The translations under genes and the position numbers were made by a program. Under the pieces are notes generated by a model. It was not told the DNA's origin. It made no database searches and saw only the letters and a program-made list of their open reading frames with translations. A stretch of DNA of 64,000 bases from the IMG/VR virus record IMGVR_UViG_3300021600_000393, positions 37,133 to 101,132 of that record, one strand, 5' to 3'. How positions within the stretch are numbered: the first letter of the stretch is position 1; the number at the start of each line of letters is the position of its first letter. The DNA is from a virus (lineage: Duplodnaviria > Caudoviricetes). This document shows, in pieces, positions 1 through 11,344 of this stretch.

Positions 1-3000
1 GACCAGAAAAAATATGTTTCATGTATTGATTTGGCGTTGGTCTTGTTATTTTTTCAACATCAAAATACCCAAATTGAGACGCTGCCCAAAATAATCTAAT
101 TGACCCATTATGTATTGAAGTATTTCCGGTTACACTTTGAATTAATTTATTATTATCGTTAATTATTTCATTATATGCTTGATTTTTAAAAGAACCGTGC
201 GAAGGTAAGATGTAACTATTTAATTTATCATCACTATAAATAATAGAAGTCCATGGTGTTATTGAAAAATCTTCAAATTTAGAAATTATTGCATCGTTTA
301 TTAAAAAAGTTTTAAGTCCTGGACTTCCATCTATAGACATTTTTGATTGTATCTCTTCTGAAATTGAAGTACCTGTTGTACCAGTTGTTTTAATTTCAAA
401 CAAATCTTTCCCCGTTAAGAAAAAATTAAAATCGTTAATAAGTTTAGGGTAAAACCCAACGTTTATTGAGGTAAATTTAACGTTTCCAAAAGACATATTT
501 TTTTCTAAAACAATGTCATAATTGTTATTAACGCCTGTTAAATAATACGTAAGTTCTGGATTTTTAGTTATTGGGTCATAATTATTAAGATAACTAAACC
601 CAGACCAAGATTGGTTTAAAATATCATTACCGGTTTGAATATGTTTCTTATAACGATGCCAAATTGACCCTATTTTTAATATCCAAGAATACGGTAATTT
701 ATGAACACCAGCAAATTTTTTCAACGACGCAAAAATATAATCTAAATCTTCAATAGAAGATGGCCCAGCTAAACCTTCCGGAGTAAATGTTTTATATTTT
801 TCTTTTAATGTTGACAATGGTAAACTATTTAAAAAAAGATAAGCGGCGGAAATAAATGGGGGGTCGATTGAGTTGTTTTTATAATTATTAATTCCTTCTT
901 GTAAAGCATTTATAAAAAATGGGGTGTTTAAAATTGAAGTTGTTTGATTGTTTCCTACAAACCCGCTATAATTAAAATATCTAACATTACCTTCAGTTAT
1001 AAATTGATTATTGAACTTTCTATCTTTATAAAATTCATTAAAAAAATTGTCATTAGACTTTAAAACTTGAGGCGTTATTGATTGTCCAGTCTCAGTTAAA
1101 AAATTAACAATTGGTCTTCTTGTTAAACTGGTAGTCTCAGAATTAAAATTAGTAATGGTTTTTAAAGTTTTGTGGTATTTTAATGTTGTTTTTGTTTCAA
1201 ATCCATTTTTTTTTATATTTTTTCCATCCGCAAAATAATCTTTAACCCAATTTAAATCTATAAATGGTTGTAAATCTGTAAAGTCAAAATTATTACCACT
1301 ATCCGAGCTAAGAAATTCATCTATTTCTACAACATTACTTAAAGAAGGTTTTGGTTGATATGCGGTGTTTGATAAAACATTAATATTTAAGATTGAAAAT
1401 TGAGAGTTTTTTAAAATGTTCTGTATATATGGCGTTACAAATTCTCCCCTTATAAACGTTAACCAATTATCCCCACTTCCGTTATTTGAAGCTTGTCTTA
1501 AAACATCCTGAAAATTAGTACTACTTATATTATATTCCTTTAAAATGTTAACTAAAAATGGGCTGTTATTACCTAAGGCGGTAATTAAATTATTTGACTC
1601 AACTTCGGTAACAGAAAATAATAATTTGGAATAATTATCTGTATCTGCCTTTTTAGATACTCTAGATAATCTTGAGTAGTTAGCAGTTAAAAATATTCTT
1701 TCATATAATTCATATAAAAATCTAACAACTTCTTTATTTGAAAAAACTTGGTTATTAATTGGTATTTCAATAGTGTTAAAACTAAGTCTTTCAATATCAA
1801 CATCTGAATTTACTGTTGGCGGTAAACCTTGTGATACTTCTTCAGTTTGCGTTAAAGCGTTAACAAATTCTTCAACAAACTCAACTTCAGGCCAAATACT
1901 ATAATCATTCCCTTTAGTCTGAGTAATTAATTCTGGGTCCCCAGGATATTTATGATTATAAATACCTTGACCATTTTCTCCTTTAGATTTAACAATAAAT
2001 GACGGCCAAGGATAAACTGGAGTGTCATTACCGTCAATTGCATCAGGATTTGCGCTTTTTGTAAAAGTATTTAAAACAGAATTAACTCTATCTTCATCCT
2101 TACTTTTTTCCCAAGCTTTAGTATGAACATCATCTAAAAGCCTTAAAAAAGCTTCTCCATTTGCAAAAAAAACAGATAAAACATTTCTTAAAGTTGGTTG
2201 AAATTTTATTCCTGTGTTTCCTCCACTTTTAACAAAATTTCCAAGAGCGGCGGTTATACTTTCTTCAATTTTATTTTTTTTATCTTCAAGTTCTTTTTTT
2301 ATGTCTTTTATAATTGGAGTAAAAGTGTTTGGTGTTCCATCATCAAAAACAAAAAACATTTGTCTTATTTCGTTTTTTGTGTTTCCTTCGGCGTCTATAA
2401 CTATTTCAATTTGTTTTGCTTTCAGTTTGAGAATTTCATTTTCATACGCCTTTTTTTGTGTTTCATTTGGTCCAGAATTACTCCCTGTCCTTTGTCTCCA
2501 AGTTTTTTCAATATTAATGTCTTCACCGTTATTAAAATTATAAACAAATTTTTCATAGGTTATCTTTGTAACATTTGAAATTTCTGAATCTTCTGAGTTT
2601 GATTTATTTCCATTACCATTATTAATAACATATTTTCCTCCAGTACCAAAAGTTTTATTTTTTAATAAAAGGTCATTAAATTTAATAATTATACCTTTTA
2701 ATTTCTCTTTTACCTCATATTCTTTACCGTCTAGTAAAAAAGCATCATTTAATTGATAAAATATTGCTCCATTATTTAAAACAAAAAAAGCTTTTGTATC
2801 TAAATATTGTTTAGCCCATGACCCTTCAATAGACGCGTCACCAAGAAAAATTTTTCGATTATACTCATTAAGGGTATCGTTGTAAGCCCTAATATCTGAT
2901 AACGGACCTAAATTTTGTTTACTAAAAGATTCTATAACATTTTTTGCAAAAGTATCTAAATACGCTTTAAGTTCCATTAAAGTGTATTCAGGTAAATTAT

Positions 3001-3898
3001 TATTAATCAAACCTTTTATTTTATATTCACTATAAACCTCACTTAATTTTTGTTGCCCTAAAGTAAGTGTGTTATTTGTAACGTTTTTACTTCCGTCATT
3101 TGAATTTAAAGTAGATGTTGTAGTAACTGTGGTTTTATACATATGAGGTAACGCTAAAACGTGTCCCATCGTTATTTCACTTAATATTGTATATTTATAA
3201 GTTAAAAAATTTAAATCAATTACAAAATTTCCCGTTTCATGAGAATACCTTGATGTAAATTTTTGTAACATTATCTCATATCTAACGGCTTTTCCATAAT
3301 AACCTTTTAAAGTTAAAAAAAATTTTGGGTATGGTAAATTAAAAAAGGCAGCATATGGTGAATTATCTCCAAGTTCAAATAATGCCCTTCCTTTTATGTC
3401 TTCTAAAACGACTGAAATTGTTGGTAGAAAAGATGTGTTTTGTTTAATTGTAATACTTTTTATTCCCAATAATCCATTATTAACAGAACCTGGTTTACCT
3501 CCCGAATTAATCGATTTTGATAAATAATATTCATCAGGTTTATTATCATTAACTTCGATTTTTGATGTTAACACAACTTGATTATTACCTTTACCCTCAA
3601 TAGAATCTTTACCAGTTATTTCATCTGTCCAACTATTATCCAAAAAAGTTTTATCCTGTTGTTTTAAAAAATTAATTGTGGCTAATGAAACAATATTTGC
3701 ACTATCATACGATTCACCTAAAACTAATTTAGTTCTAGGTATCATCTTACACTCAAGATTTGCATACATAACAAGATTTTCTTGTTTTACAAATCTATCA
3801 CTTACAATTCCATTTTCATTTATAACCCTATTAGGGTCAACAACAACAATGTTATTATAATCAAATTCTACAAAAATGTTTTCTGAATTATCTTCCAT
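1..3898 (-). CDS. Large baseplate hub/tail structural protein, runs off the window start (about 1299 codons visible); not in the ORF track
   Basis: ATG at 3898 overlaps the 3' end of the upstream gene and gives MEDNSENIFVEFDYNNIVVVDPNRV...GLLGIKSITIKQNTSFLPTISVVLEDIKGRALFELGDNSPYAAFFNLPYPKFFLTLKGYYG. The same frame is still open at the window edge (...VEKITRPTPNQYMKHIFSG). Position after the wedge gene fits a hub protein. Confidence 0.75.
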   Translation of the reverse strand, partial: MEDNSENIFVEFDYNNIVVVDPNRVINENGIVSDRFVKQENLVMYANLECKMIPRTKLVLGESYDSANIVSLATINFLKQQDKTFLDNSWTDEITGKDSIEGKGNNQVVLTSKIEVNDNKPDEYYLSKSINSGGKPGSVNNGLLGIKSITIKQNTSFLPTISVVLEDIKGRALFELGDNSPYAAFFNLPYPKFFLTLKGYYGKAVRYEIMLQKFTSRYSHETGNFVIDLNFLTYKYTILSEITMGHVLALPHMYKTTVTTTSTLNSNDGSKNVTNNTLTLGQQKLSEVYSEYKIKGLINNNLPEYTLMELKAYLDTFAKNVIESFSKQNLGPLSDIRAYNDTLNEYNRKIFLGDASIEGSWAKQYLDTKAFFVLNNGAIFYQLNDAFLLDGKEYEVKEKLKGIIIKFNDLLLKNKTFGTGGKYVINNGNGNKSNSEDSEISNVTKITYEKFVYNFNNGEDINIEKTWRQRTGSNSGPNETQKKAYENEILKLKAKQIEIVIDAEGNTKNEIRQMFFVFDDGTPNTFTPIIKDIKKELEDKKNKIEESITAALGNFVKSGGNTGIKFQPTLRNVLSVFFANGEAFLRLLDDVHTKAWEKSKDEDRVNSVLNTFTKSANPDAIDGNDTPVYPWPSFIVKSKGENGQGIYNHKYPGDPELITQTKGNDYSIWPEVEFVEEFVNALTQTEEVSQGLPPTVNSDVDIERLSFNTIEIPINNQVFSNKEVVRFLYELYERIFLTANYSRLSRVSKKADTDNYSKLLFSVTEVESNNLITALGNNSPFLVNILKEYNISSTNFQDVLRQASNNGSGDNWLTFIRGEFVTPYIQNILKNSQFSILNINVLSNTAYQPKPSLSNVVEIDEFLSSDSGNNFDFTDLQPFIDLNWVKDYFADGKNIKKNGFETKTTLKYHKTLKTITNFNSETTSLTRRPIVNFLTETGQSITPQVLKSNDNFFNEFYKDRKFNNQFITEGNVRYFNYSGFVGNNQTTSILNTPFFINALQEGINNYKNNSIDPPFISAAYLFLNSLPLSTLKEKYKTFTPEGLAGPSSIEDLDYIFASLKKFAGVHKLPYSWILKIGSIWHRYKKHIQTGNDILNQSWSGFSYLNNYDPITKNPELTYYLTGVNNNYDIVLEKNMSFGNVKFTSINVGFYPKLINDFNFFLTGKDLFEIKTTGTTGTSISEEIQSKMSIDGSPGLKTFLINDAIISKFEDFSITPWTSIIYSDDKLNSYILPSHGSFKNQAYNEIINDNNKLIQSVTGNTSIHNGSIRLFWAASQFGYFDVEKITRPTPNQYMKHIFSG

Positions 3899-4214
3899 AA
3901 TAGAAAAAACGGTTTTCTAACGCCGCTTTATAGTCTTGTAATGAACTTACTAAAGGAAATGGAATTGTCAAGATAGAATTATTAGGTATTGCCCACTCTT
4001 GACTCCCAAATTGTGGATTTGCCATCATAATTAACCACCCAAAATACGGTGTCCCATAATAAAGTTGAGATACTTTATCCATTCTAGATTGTCCAGACTT
4101 ATATATGTAACGTTTATCTGTTGATTTACTTTGTATTAAAACAAATGGTAATACCGTTTGTTCCCCATTAATTATAAAATCGGAATATCTATTATAATAT
4201 TGTCTTGATGCCAT
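3888..4214 (-). CDS. LysM-like baseplate wedge/tail X protein (T4 gp53/P2 gpX-like)
   Basis: RMDKVSQLYYGTPYFGWLIMMANP...LTIP motif; sits between tube initiator and hub genes. Confidence 0.7.
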   Translation of the reverse strand: MASRQYYNRYSDFIINGEQTVLPFVLIQSKSTDKRYIYKSGQSRMDKVSQLYYGTPYFGWLIMMANPQFGSQEWAIPNNSILTIPFPLVSSLQDYKAALENRFFYYGR

Positions 4215-4216
4215 TT

Positions 4217-7200
4217 TTAGTTAAATTTAATTTTACCGTCAAAAGTAGTTGTATCCACGTTAGGGTTTTGTGTTGCATATAAATCTTTTATTTTTTTCTT
4301 TTGGTCACTGTCCTCAGCAATTGGAACGGTTGTATATGTAAATTTTCTTATTGGCCCTTTTACATATGTATTTTGAGAAAGTTTATCAATAAACTCTTTT
4401 TTTACCGATTCTTTACGTTTTCCAAATTCTTTAATTTCATTATCAAATTTAGTAATATAAATTGTTGATACATTGTTTAACGAACTGTCAAAAGCTTGAA
4501 TTTCTTTTTTATATTTTTTTACGTCCTTTAACAACACACCTAAAACATTTGCTCTAAATTCATTTTTTTTGTTTTTAAGAGTTTGAACAATGACACTATA
4601 AAATGCTTTAGCAATCGGCGGATTTTCATTTCTTGTTATTTTTAAATAAAGGCTGCCTATTCCTAACCCTTGGTCACCATAAAATTTTAAAACGTTTTTG
4701 CCAAAATTATCAAAATCAGATTTTAACTCATCTAACGTATTATTAATACCCTGTTTTGCTGGTTTAGTTATATCATCTGTACCCTCTAAATTATAAATCC
4801 GTATATTACCACCACCTATAATAATCCCATCTGTTTTTTCAGATATTAAATTTATTTTTCTTATATCTTGAACTAAAGACTCTTGTTGTGTAGATAAATT
4901 TTGAATAATTTGTTGGATTGAATTACTAAAATTACTTTGTACTTTGTCTTTTATATAGGTTTTCATATTATCTTTAATTATTTTTAAAGTAGTACCTGAA
5001 ATATTTTGCATTTTTTCTAAAATTCCACCTATTATTGGATTTGACGATTTATCTATATCAGTATAAACACTTGTAAACAAGTCATTTATATTTGTACCAA
5101 TCTCCGGTTTTGGTTTACCAAAAATTTTAGTTTTTTGTCCACCTGTTAAAACGGTTCCCTCAATAAACAATCTGTCTTTTCTAAATAATTCTAAAATATC
5201 AAGATTATAAGTTTTAACAATAATTTCTAACTGATTTAATAAATTTGTATAATATGTTTTAGTATCGTCAAATAATAAATCCATTATGTTTTTATATGAA
5301 ATATCTCCATTTGACCCTACAGCATTTGATTTTGTTGTTAATATTTGCCCAATTGTAGTACCACCATTATTATTAATTTGGGAAGCTATGTTGTTAACAT
5401 CAGTTTTTATTTCACCTTTAACAATTGAATTAAAAAACTCCATATCCATAGCGGAAGTGTCTTCAGTTGGTACCGCTCTTTCATCGTAAATTTCAGTGTT
5501 TGCGTAATAATTAAAAGATAACGCATTTTGAAGTTGTTCTATTGGTCTTTGTAATCCAGACCCACCAATAAAATTAAACGCCATTGTTATTTTGGCAATC
5601 ATTGGTTGGACTCCTATTCCTTCGGGATTTAAATCAAATAAAAGCGGGTCATATTGAATACCGAATTGAGTTGGGACTATTTTGGTGTTATAAAAATCGC
5701 CAATTCTAAGAACTAAAATTGGTGGAGTCCCAAAAGAAGTGTTTAAAGCGTCATTAAATTTTGGCTTACCATCAGGGCCAATTACCGGAATTGTGTCACC
5801 AGGTCTTACGCATTGTTGTAAAAAAGTTAGTCTTGAATTTAATCCTTCAGGAGTCATTGAATGAAACGCAGGGTTAAAATGTTTAATTTTTTCTTTTATT
5901 GAGGCGTAAACCATTGGAGAATTCTCTTCAATCATTTCAAAATAACTAGCCTCGTTTAACAGCCCTCTTATTATTTTTTTTGCAATTCCTTCTTTAAGTT
6001 TTGAAGTTATTCCAATTACCTTTGGTAGAATTGGTGTTTTTTTAATCCCAATTTTTGACTTTTCAACAACATTTTCTTCTTTAATTGTTTTGGAATAGTC
6101 TTTCGCACTTATGTCAGAAATTACAACTCTACGACAAGCCATAGCACTAACCGAATAAACTTGAGCGTCCTTAGGCGTTTGTAAGTCAGTACATGTAATA
6201 TTATTACCAAAGTCACCTGTACCTCCTTTTGGGGTTACATTTTTTTCAGATTCTCCTTTGGAGTCAAAAGTTATTTCTAAACTTCCGTCCAATAAAGCCT
6301 CTTGAAACGTTTTAGATGATGTTTTAAAATACGTCTCAATAGAGTCAACTCTGTTTTTGGACAACGTTAGATTGTACTTATCATCAGCAAGAGCCGATGC
6401 TGAACCAACAAAAGTGATTTTTACTTCTCCCTGTTTTTTAATTAAATAAGTTTCAAGGTCAGACATAAGATTTTTATCGGGGTTACCAATTGTCTTATCA
6501 ATCTGTTTAAAATTATTAACAATTATGTTTTCAAAAAACTGTGTTGTGTTTTTATTAAAACCAGTAAAATTTTTAGAAAACGTTTCATATGTTCCACTTC
6601 TTCCCGTATACGTATTAAATAAAGTAAGATAATTTCCAGCACCAACATCATTATCAAAATAAAAACCAAGGGATTTGTAATCATTAAATGAATCGTTTGT
6701 TTTTGGACCAATCGTTGTTTCCTCTGTTTTTGTTTCTTTAACAATCTCAGTAATTTGTTCAACGCTAACTCCAGGTTTACTTAATATTTCTTGATACGTT
6801 ACCAAATCTTTTGATTCTACATAAGGAAATCTTTTTGCTAATTCAATTATGTCAAATTTTGCACATCCAGCAAAAAAAGATTCAACAATTGAATTTACTC
6901 TTTCACTATCAGCGTTTTGAAGTTGTTTTTTAACTATAAGGTTTAAAATTGATGGATGGTCAACAATTATTTTCCAAGATAAAGTTCCAGTCCTTGTAGT
7001 TTCTTTATATGTATATATTGGCTCTGGTCTTCCAAGAAAACTTGTCGGAGTAAAACTTGGATTACTGGTTTCGCTAAAACTAATATCATAAGGTGGAAAC
7101 CACATAACTCTACCCCCATTTTGTCCTTTTTCTTCAGCAGGTAATTGGTCATAAGTAAAACCATCTCTACTAGATGTTCTCCAAGCTAAATTTTCAATTG

Positions 7201-9115
7201 AAAACATGTATTTTTTAACCGATTTTTGTCCATTACTATTAACAACAATATTTGTAGACTCAGTCCCAGCCGCTCCATTCATTGGAGCAATATTTAAATT
7301 ATATGTATTATCTAAAACCGAATTTGTAAAACGTCTGTTTTTTGTTGTTATACCATCTGTTTTTTGTAAATCAGCATATGTAAAATATGGAGTATCTTTA
7401 GCAAATACTCTACCATATTCAAACCCTTTTTGAATCCCGGTAGTGTTATCTTTGTATCTTAAAATCTTAGAACCTTTAGTTATTTCTTTATACCCATCAT
7501 TAAAAACTTTACTTACTTGATTAATCGCATTACCAACATGTTTTAATCTAGTAATACCGTTAACGTTATCCGCAGAATCAATAAGTCTTTGAGTGTTATC
7601 TAAAATTGAACTTGATTTAAATTTTATGTTTGTTGATTCATTTTTAAAATAATCACTTGATATTTGATTAAATTGTTTATCAACAGGGCCAGGTCCTCCA
7701 CCAATTGTTGGTGCAAAACCAGCTGCGTTTTTATATCTTGGAGAAACCCAGACAAATTCACCTCCAATACCCCCACCATCAGTTAATGATTTACCAGCTA
7801 AACCAAAATTAAGTCTACCTATATTACCTTCATATAAATTACTTAACTCCGTTGGACCATAAACTGGTGACGACACTTGACGCCCAAAAATGTTTATAGG
7901 TATTTGATTTCCTGGTGAAGTAATTAAACTAGGTTCGGCATTTGCGCTACCAACATAGTAACCACCAGTTGGGTCTCCAAGAAACTTTAAGGCGGTATTA
8001 ATTGCTTTTAAAGTTGCCCCGACAATACCACCTGCGGTTCTATCTAACGATGGTTTATATCGATTTAAATCAATATTTGAAAATAAACTTGATTTTTGTC
8101 CGTCCCCAGTATTTGCTATAAAAATTTGTGAAGGATTTCTAATTGTATTTAACGCTCCGGATATAATCCCACCTGTTAATTGATTTAAAGAATTTAATAT
8201 TAAAGAACCTTGTATTGCTGACGCACCAAGAAATAAATTAGGTGTAAAATAATCACCAGGAATTGGTGATGTTGGATAAAACTCACCGTTCAATCTTGTT
8301 TTTAAATTTGTTTGAAAACTACTTTGGTTTTCTGGAACAGTAATTGACCAATTTTTATAAATTAATTGTTGTTTACCAGTCGCTAATGAACTTGTTTGAT
8401 TTGGGTCTTTTAATGATTGTAACGTATTTTTACCAAAATTGTTACGGGATAATTCAGCGTCAGCTCTAACTTTAAATAAACCTTGTAAATAACTTCCCCC
8501 TAACTTAGCAATAAATGAATCGCTAGATAATGCTCCATCACTACCATTTGGATTTTTATTATTAAATATTTCAGACGAAGTATATGTTGAAGGAACAAAA
8601 CTTGGAGGCCCCCAATAATTTTCATAAAGTTTATTATTATTTTGAATGTCGGTTATTGTTACCATATTTTGATAACCACCCGTTGGACCATAAACATTTT
8701 CATTATATGATAAATCAATAAAGAACTCATTTAATAAGTCCATTTTTGTGTCTTTTGGGCTATATTCACCTTGATTTGAATTAATAGGTAATGGAGCTCC
8801 ATTATATGTAATGTCAATGTTATAACCACCCTCAGGGCCATATTGATTTAAAGGAAATAATTTTTTTGCAAACGGGTCTTCCGCAATATAAGAATCCGGA
8901 GAATCGATAACTGGTGAATCAGTAAGAATTGTTTCGTAATTTAAATTTCCAACTGAAGGTGAAAAAACTCCAACAACTTTATACGCCGCAAGGTTTTTTC
9001 CAACTAATAAATCCCTAAATGTTTTTGTAGACGCAAAAGATAAAAAACTTTTACCCGGAGAACCAATTGAGTTCTGACCGTTTGTTACGCTATTTGGTAT
9101 ACCTTCAACCGCCAT
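4217..9115 (-). CDS. Giant tail-tube initiator/baseplate protein with an inserted OmpA-like peptidoglycan-binding domain
   Basis: Tube-like halves (WFPPYDISFSETS..FLGRPEPIYTYKETTRTGTLSWKIIVD and PPILVLRIGDFYNTKIV..QPMIAKITMAFNFIG) flank GSASALADDKYNLTLSKNRVDSI...SKGE...CRRVVI. Confidence 0.6.
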   Translation of the reverse strand: MAVEGIPNSVTNGQNSIGSPGKSFLSFASTKTFRDLLVGKNLAAYKVVGVFSPSVGNLNYETILTDSPVIDSPDSYIAEDPFAKKLFPLNQYGPEGGYNIDITYNGAPLPINSNQGEYSPKDTKMDLLNEFFIDLSYNENVYGPTGGYQNMVTITDIQNNNKLYENYWGPPSFVPSTYTSSEIFNNKNPNGSDGALSSDSFIAKLGGSYLQGLFKVRADAELSRNNFGKNTLQSLKDPNQTSSLATGKQQLIYKNWSITVPENQSSFQTNLKTRLNGEFYPTSPIPGDYFTPNLFLGASAIQGSLILNSLNQLTGGIISGALNTIRNPSQIFIANTGDGQKSSLFSNIDLNRYKPSLDRTAGGIVGATLKAINTALKFLGDPTGGYYVGSANAEPSLITSPGNQIPINIFGRQVSSPVYGPTELSNLYEGNIGRLNFGLAGKSLTDGGGIGGEFVWVSPRYKNAAGFAPTIGGGPGPVDKQFNQISSDYFKNESTNIKFKSSSILDNTQRLIDSADNVNGITRLKHVGNAINQVSKVFNDGYKEITKGSKILRYKDNTTGIQKGFEYGRVFAKDTPYFTYADLQKTDGITTKNRRFTNSVLDNTYNLNIAPMNGAAGTESTNIVVNSNGQKSVKKYMFSIENLAWRTSSRDGFTYDQLPAEEKGQNGGRVMWFPPYDISFSETSNPSFTPTSFLGRPEPIYTYKETTRTGTLSWKIIVDHPSILNLIVKKQLQNADSERVNSIVESFFAGCAKFDIIELAKRFPYVESKDLVTYQEILSKPGVSVEQITEIVKETKTEETTIGPKTNDSFNDYKSLGFYFDNDVGAGNYLTLFNTYTGRSGTYETFSKNFTGFNKNTTQFFENIIVNNFKQIDKTIGNPDKNLMSDLETYLIKKQGEVKITFVGSASALADDKYNLTLSKNRVDSIETYFKTSSKTFQEALLDGSLEITFDSKGESEKNVTPKGGTGDFGNNITCTDLQTPKDAQVYSVSAMACRRVVISDISAKDYSKTIKEENVVEKSKIGIKKTPILPKVIGITSKLKEGIAKKIIRGLLNEASYFEMIEENSPMVYASIKEKIKHFNPAFHSMTPEGLNSRLTFLQQCVRPGDTIPVIGPDGKPKFNDALNTSFGTPPILVLRIGDFYNTKIVPTQFGIQYDPLLFDLNPEGIGVQPMIAKITMAFNFIGGSGLQRPIEQLQNALSFNYYANTEIYDERAVPTEDTSAMDMEFFNSIVKGEIKTDVNNIASQINNNGGTTIGQILTTKSNAVGSNGDISYKNIMDLLFDDTKTYYTNLLNQLEIIVKTYNLDILELFRKDRLFIEGTVLTGGQKTKIFGKPKPEIGTNINDLFTSVYTDIDKSSNPIIGGILEKMQNISGTTLKIIKDNMKTYIKDKVQSNFSNSIQQIIQNLSTQQESLVQDIRKINLISEKTDGIIIGGGNIRIYNLEGTDDITKPAKQGINNTLDELKSDFDNFGKNVLKFYGDQGLGIGSLYLKITRNENPPIAKAFYSVIVQTLKNKKNEFRANVLGVLLKDVKKYKKEIQAFDSSLNNVSTIYITKFDNEIKEFGKRKESVKKEFIDKLSQNTYVKGPIRKFTYTTVPIAEDSDQKKKIKDLYATQNPNVDTTTFDGKIKFN

Positions 9116-9150
9116 GTTTTTTTAATAATAAATAGGTTGAATTTAATTTT

Positions 9151-11166
9151 TTAATTGGGTCGACTACCATTAGTTACAACATCTTTTATACTTGTTGCAA
9201 CAACTTGTTTTAATCCCATATCATCTTTAAATGCTTGAGTAACAACATCAACTATTTTTTGATTTAAATCAGGATTAATATTATCGTTTGATGTGCTTAC
9301 TCTAACTTCAATAACTACTTTATTTTCATTTGATGTTTCATTTGTTGTTGAATTTTTAGTCATATTTTCCAACTCTTTTGTTGGTATATTTAATCCTTTA
9401 GATATCATTTGAATAATATCACCGTTTGTATTAATAGGATTAATATCTTTAATAGTTGAACTTGTTTCCATACCATTAGACATTGGTGAAATATCACCTT
9501 TAATCATTTTTGCAATATTATTAAGTCCAGTTCCAGCAATAATTGTATCTTTTTCAAAAAATTCAATATCCCCATCTTCGGTCCTAATAAAATCATCCCC
9601 CGTTTGTGTCTTAATATTTTTTGATATTTCTGATAAAACACTCCCAATGCCCACACCTAATAAAGTTAATTTATTAGTTAACTCACCAATTACAATATTA
9701 AATGGTTCAGGTAATTTTGCAGTTTCTATATCTAGTTGTTGACCACCTTTATTTATATCAAATAATGATTTTGGAAATGTTTCTAAATACTTATCACGTT
9801 CGGCCTTGGTTGGAAAAGTTTTTACACTAACATTATCTTTTTTTTCTGTAATTTTTCTAGTACTACCCCCCGCAAATTCTCTAAATATTTTTGCTAAGGA
9901 TTCATTAATGTCCTGACCTATTTTTGCTGCGTTTATTGTTGATGACGCAACAGCCATACCTAACCCTTTACTCACACCAACAGTACCTATAGTTTTATTT
10001 AATAGTTCTAATTGAGTTAATTGCTCTTGAGCTAATTTTTCAACTGTTTTTGGTTCTAATTGTTTTAACATATCCTTATTTATTTCCCCATTTTCACTTA
10101 TTTTTGCCATATAATCATCCAGATTTTCGTCAACACCATTAACGGCAATTACAAATTTTCCTTTGTCATTTAAACGTGTCATATTTGCAATTAACGTTTT
10201 TTGTTCTTCAGTTGCCATTTCAGGAAATTTAATACCAGCCATTTTACTTTCTAATTCAACGCCAGACCTAGCCATATTAGTTAATGATTCATAAGGTATT
10301 TTTAATTCAGCAGCAATTGCTCTAAGTTGTTCTCTACCACCTGGTAATATTTCCATTTGACCCGCCTCATTTAATTTAGTAAACCCCTTTGTCATTTCAG
10401 CAATTTGTCTTTGAAGTTCCGCAGGGTCATTTTGAGATAAATTCATTAATCTCATTGGGTCTAATAAATCAGATTGAACAACACCTAACCTTTGTAACGC
10501 TGCCGCCATATCAATTGCATTTTCCGGGCTTAACATTCTGTCTGCAAAGTCTAATGTTGATTTCATTTCAACCCTCATTTGAACGGCCTGCGCAGCCATT
10601 TTTGTTAAACCATCAACCCCACCTTGAAATGTGTATTTATCCATAGCGGACATGTTACTAGCCATTTCGTCACTTACTTTTTTACCATTGAGCCCAGACG
10701 CTCTTGCAACATCAAGAGTCTTACCCATTTTTTCTGAAATAGATTCTAAACTAAATCCAGCATTAGTAAATTTTTCCGCCAAGGTTTTAGCCTCTATACC
10801 AGTAACCTTTGCTGTTCCTTGTAAGTCTCCAAATAACTTATCATTATATAAAGCGTTTTTTCCGGTGACCTGACTTAAAGTCACCATCATGCCTTGAGCG
10901 AGTTCTATTGATTTTTGAGCATCATACCCAAGTTTTTGGATACCTTCTACTGAACCAGCAATATTTTTTCTGATAGCGTCAGCAGATTCTTCTCCAAGAC
11001 CAAGTTGATTAGTTGTTTGAGCCGCTAAATCGTAAACGGTTTGAAAAGTTTTTTTAAGGGTTTTGGTACTTAAAGCGTCAGCAAGTTTTCCAAGGAAAGT
11101 GTTAAAAACATCATTTATGTCAGCTATTTCAGTTAAGACTGCCTTTTTTTTGTTACCTGGTGGCAT
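9151..11166 (-). CDS. Tape measure protein
   Basis: Ala/Leu/Met/Gln-rich predicted helical protein directly downstream of tube and chaperone genes. Confidence 0.7.
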   Translation of the reverse strand: MPPGNKKKAVLTEIADINDVFNTFLGKLADALSTKTLKKTFQTVYDLAAQTTNQLGLGEESADAIRKNIAGSVEGIQKLGYDAQKSIELAQGMMVTLSQVTGKNALYNDKLFGDLQGTAKVTGIEAKTLAEKFTNAGFSLESISEKMGKTLDVARASGLNGKKVSDEMASNMSAMDKYTFQGGVDGLTKMAAQAVQMRVEMKSTLDFADRMLSPENAIDMAAALQRLGVVQSDLLDPMRLMNLSQNDPAELQRQIAEMTKGFTKLNEAGQMEILPGGREQLRAIAAELKIPYESLTNMARSGVELESKMAGIKFPEMATEEQKTLIANMTRLNDKGKFVIAVNGVDENLDDYMAKISENGEINKDMLKQLEPKTVEKLAQEQLTQLELLNKTIGTVGVSKGLGMAVASSTINAAKIGQDINESLAKIFREFAGGSTRKITEKKDNVSVKTFPTKAERDKYLETFPKSLFDINKGGQQLDIETAKLPEPFNIVIGELTNKLTLLGVGIGSVLSEISKNIKTQTGDDFIRTEDGDIEFFEKDTIIAGTGLNNIAKMIKGDISPMSNGMETSSTIKDINPINTNGDIIQMISKGLNIPTKELENMTKNSTTNETSNENKVVIEVRVSTSNDNINPDLNQKIVDVVTQAFKDDMGLKQVVATSIKDVVTNGSRPN

Positions 11167-11194
11167 GTTATTTTTAATTATAAATATCTAAAAA

Positions 11195-11344
11195 CTATTT
11201 TTGAGACTCTAATAATTTATTCATTAAAAAAGTTTTTACATATGTAGGCATATTTAAAAATTCAGAATAACCAATATGTAGTAATTTTGCGAAATAAAAA
11301 TATTGGTTTAATACAACCTCAATATGATTAGAAGAAAGGCCGAA
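11195..11344 (-). CDS. Frameshift extension of the tail assembly chaperone (49 aa, gpT/gp51-like)
   Basis: The +1 frame from GAA-TTT-TTT-CGG reads FGLSSNHIEVVLNQYFYFAKLLHIGYSEFLNMPTYVKTFLMNKLLESQK*. It has no ATG before the conserved-looking part and fills the gap up to the tape measure gene. Confidence 0.7.
   Translation of the reverse strand, partial: FGLSSNHIEVVLNQYFYFAKLLHIGYSEFLNMPTYVKTFLMNKLLESQK

Noticed and set aside
2198-3860. Plus-strand ORFs 2198-2578, 2214-2543 and 3678-3860, and the other short antisense or nested ORFs in the track
   Set aside because: They are shadows of long genes on the other strand or frame, with Phe/Ile/Ser-rich composition typical of antisense AT-rich DNA
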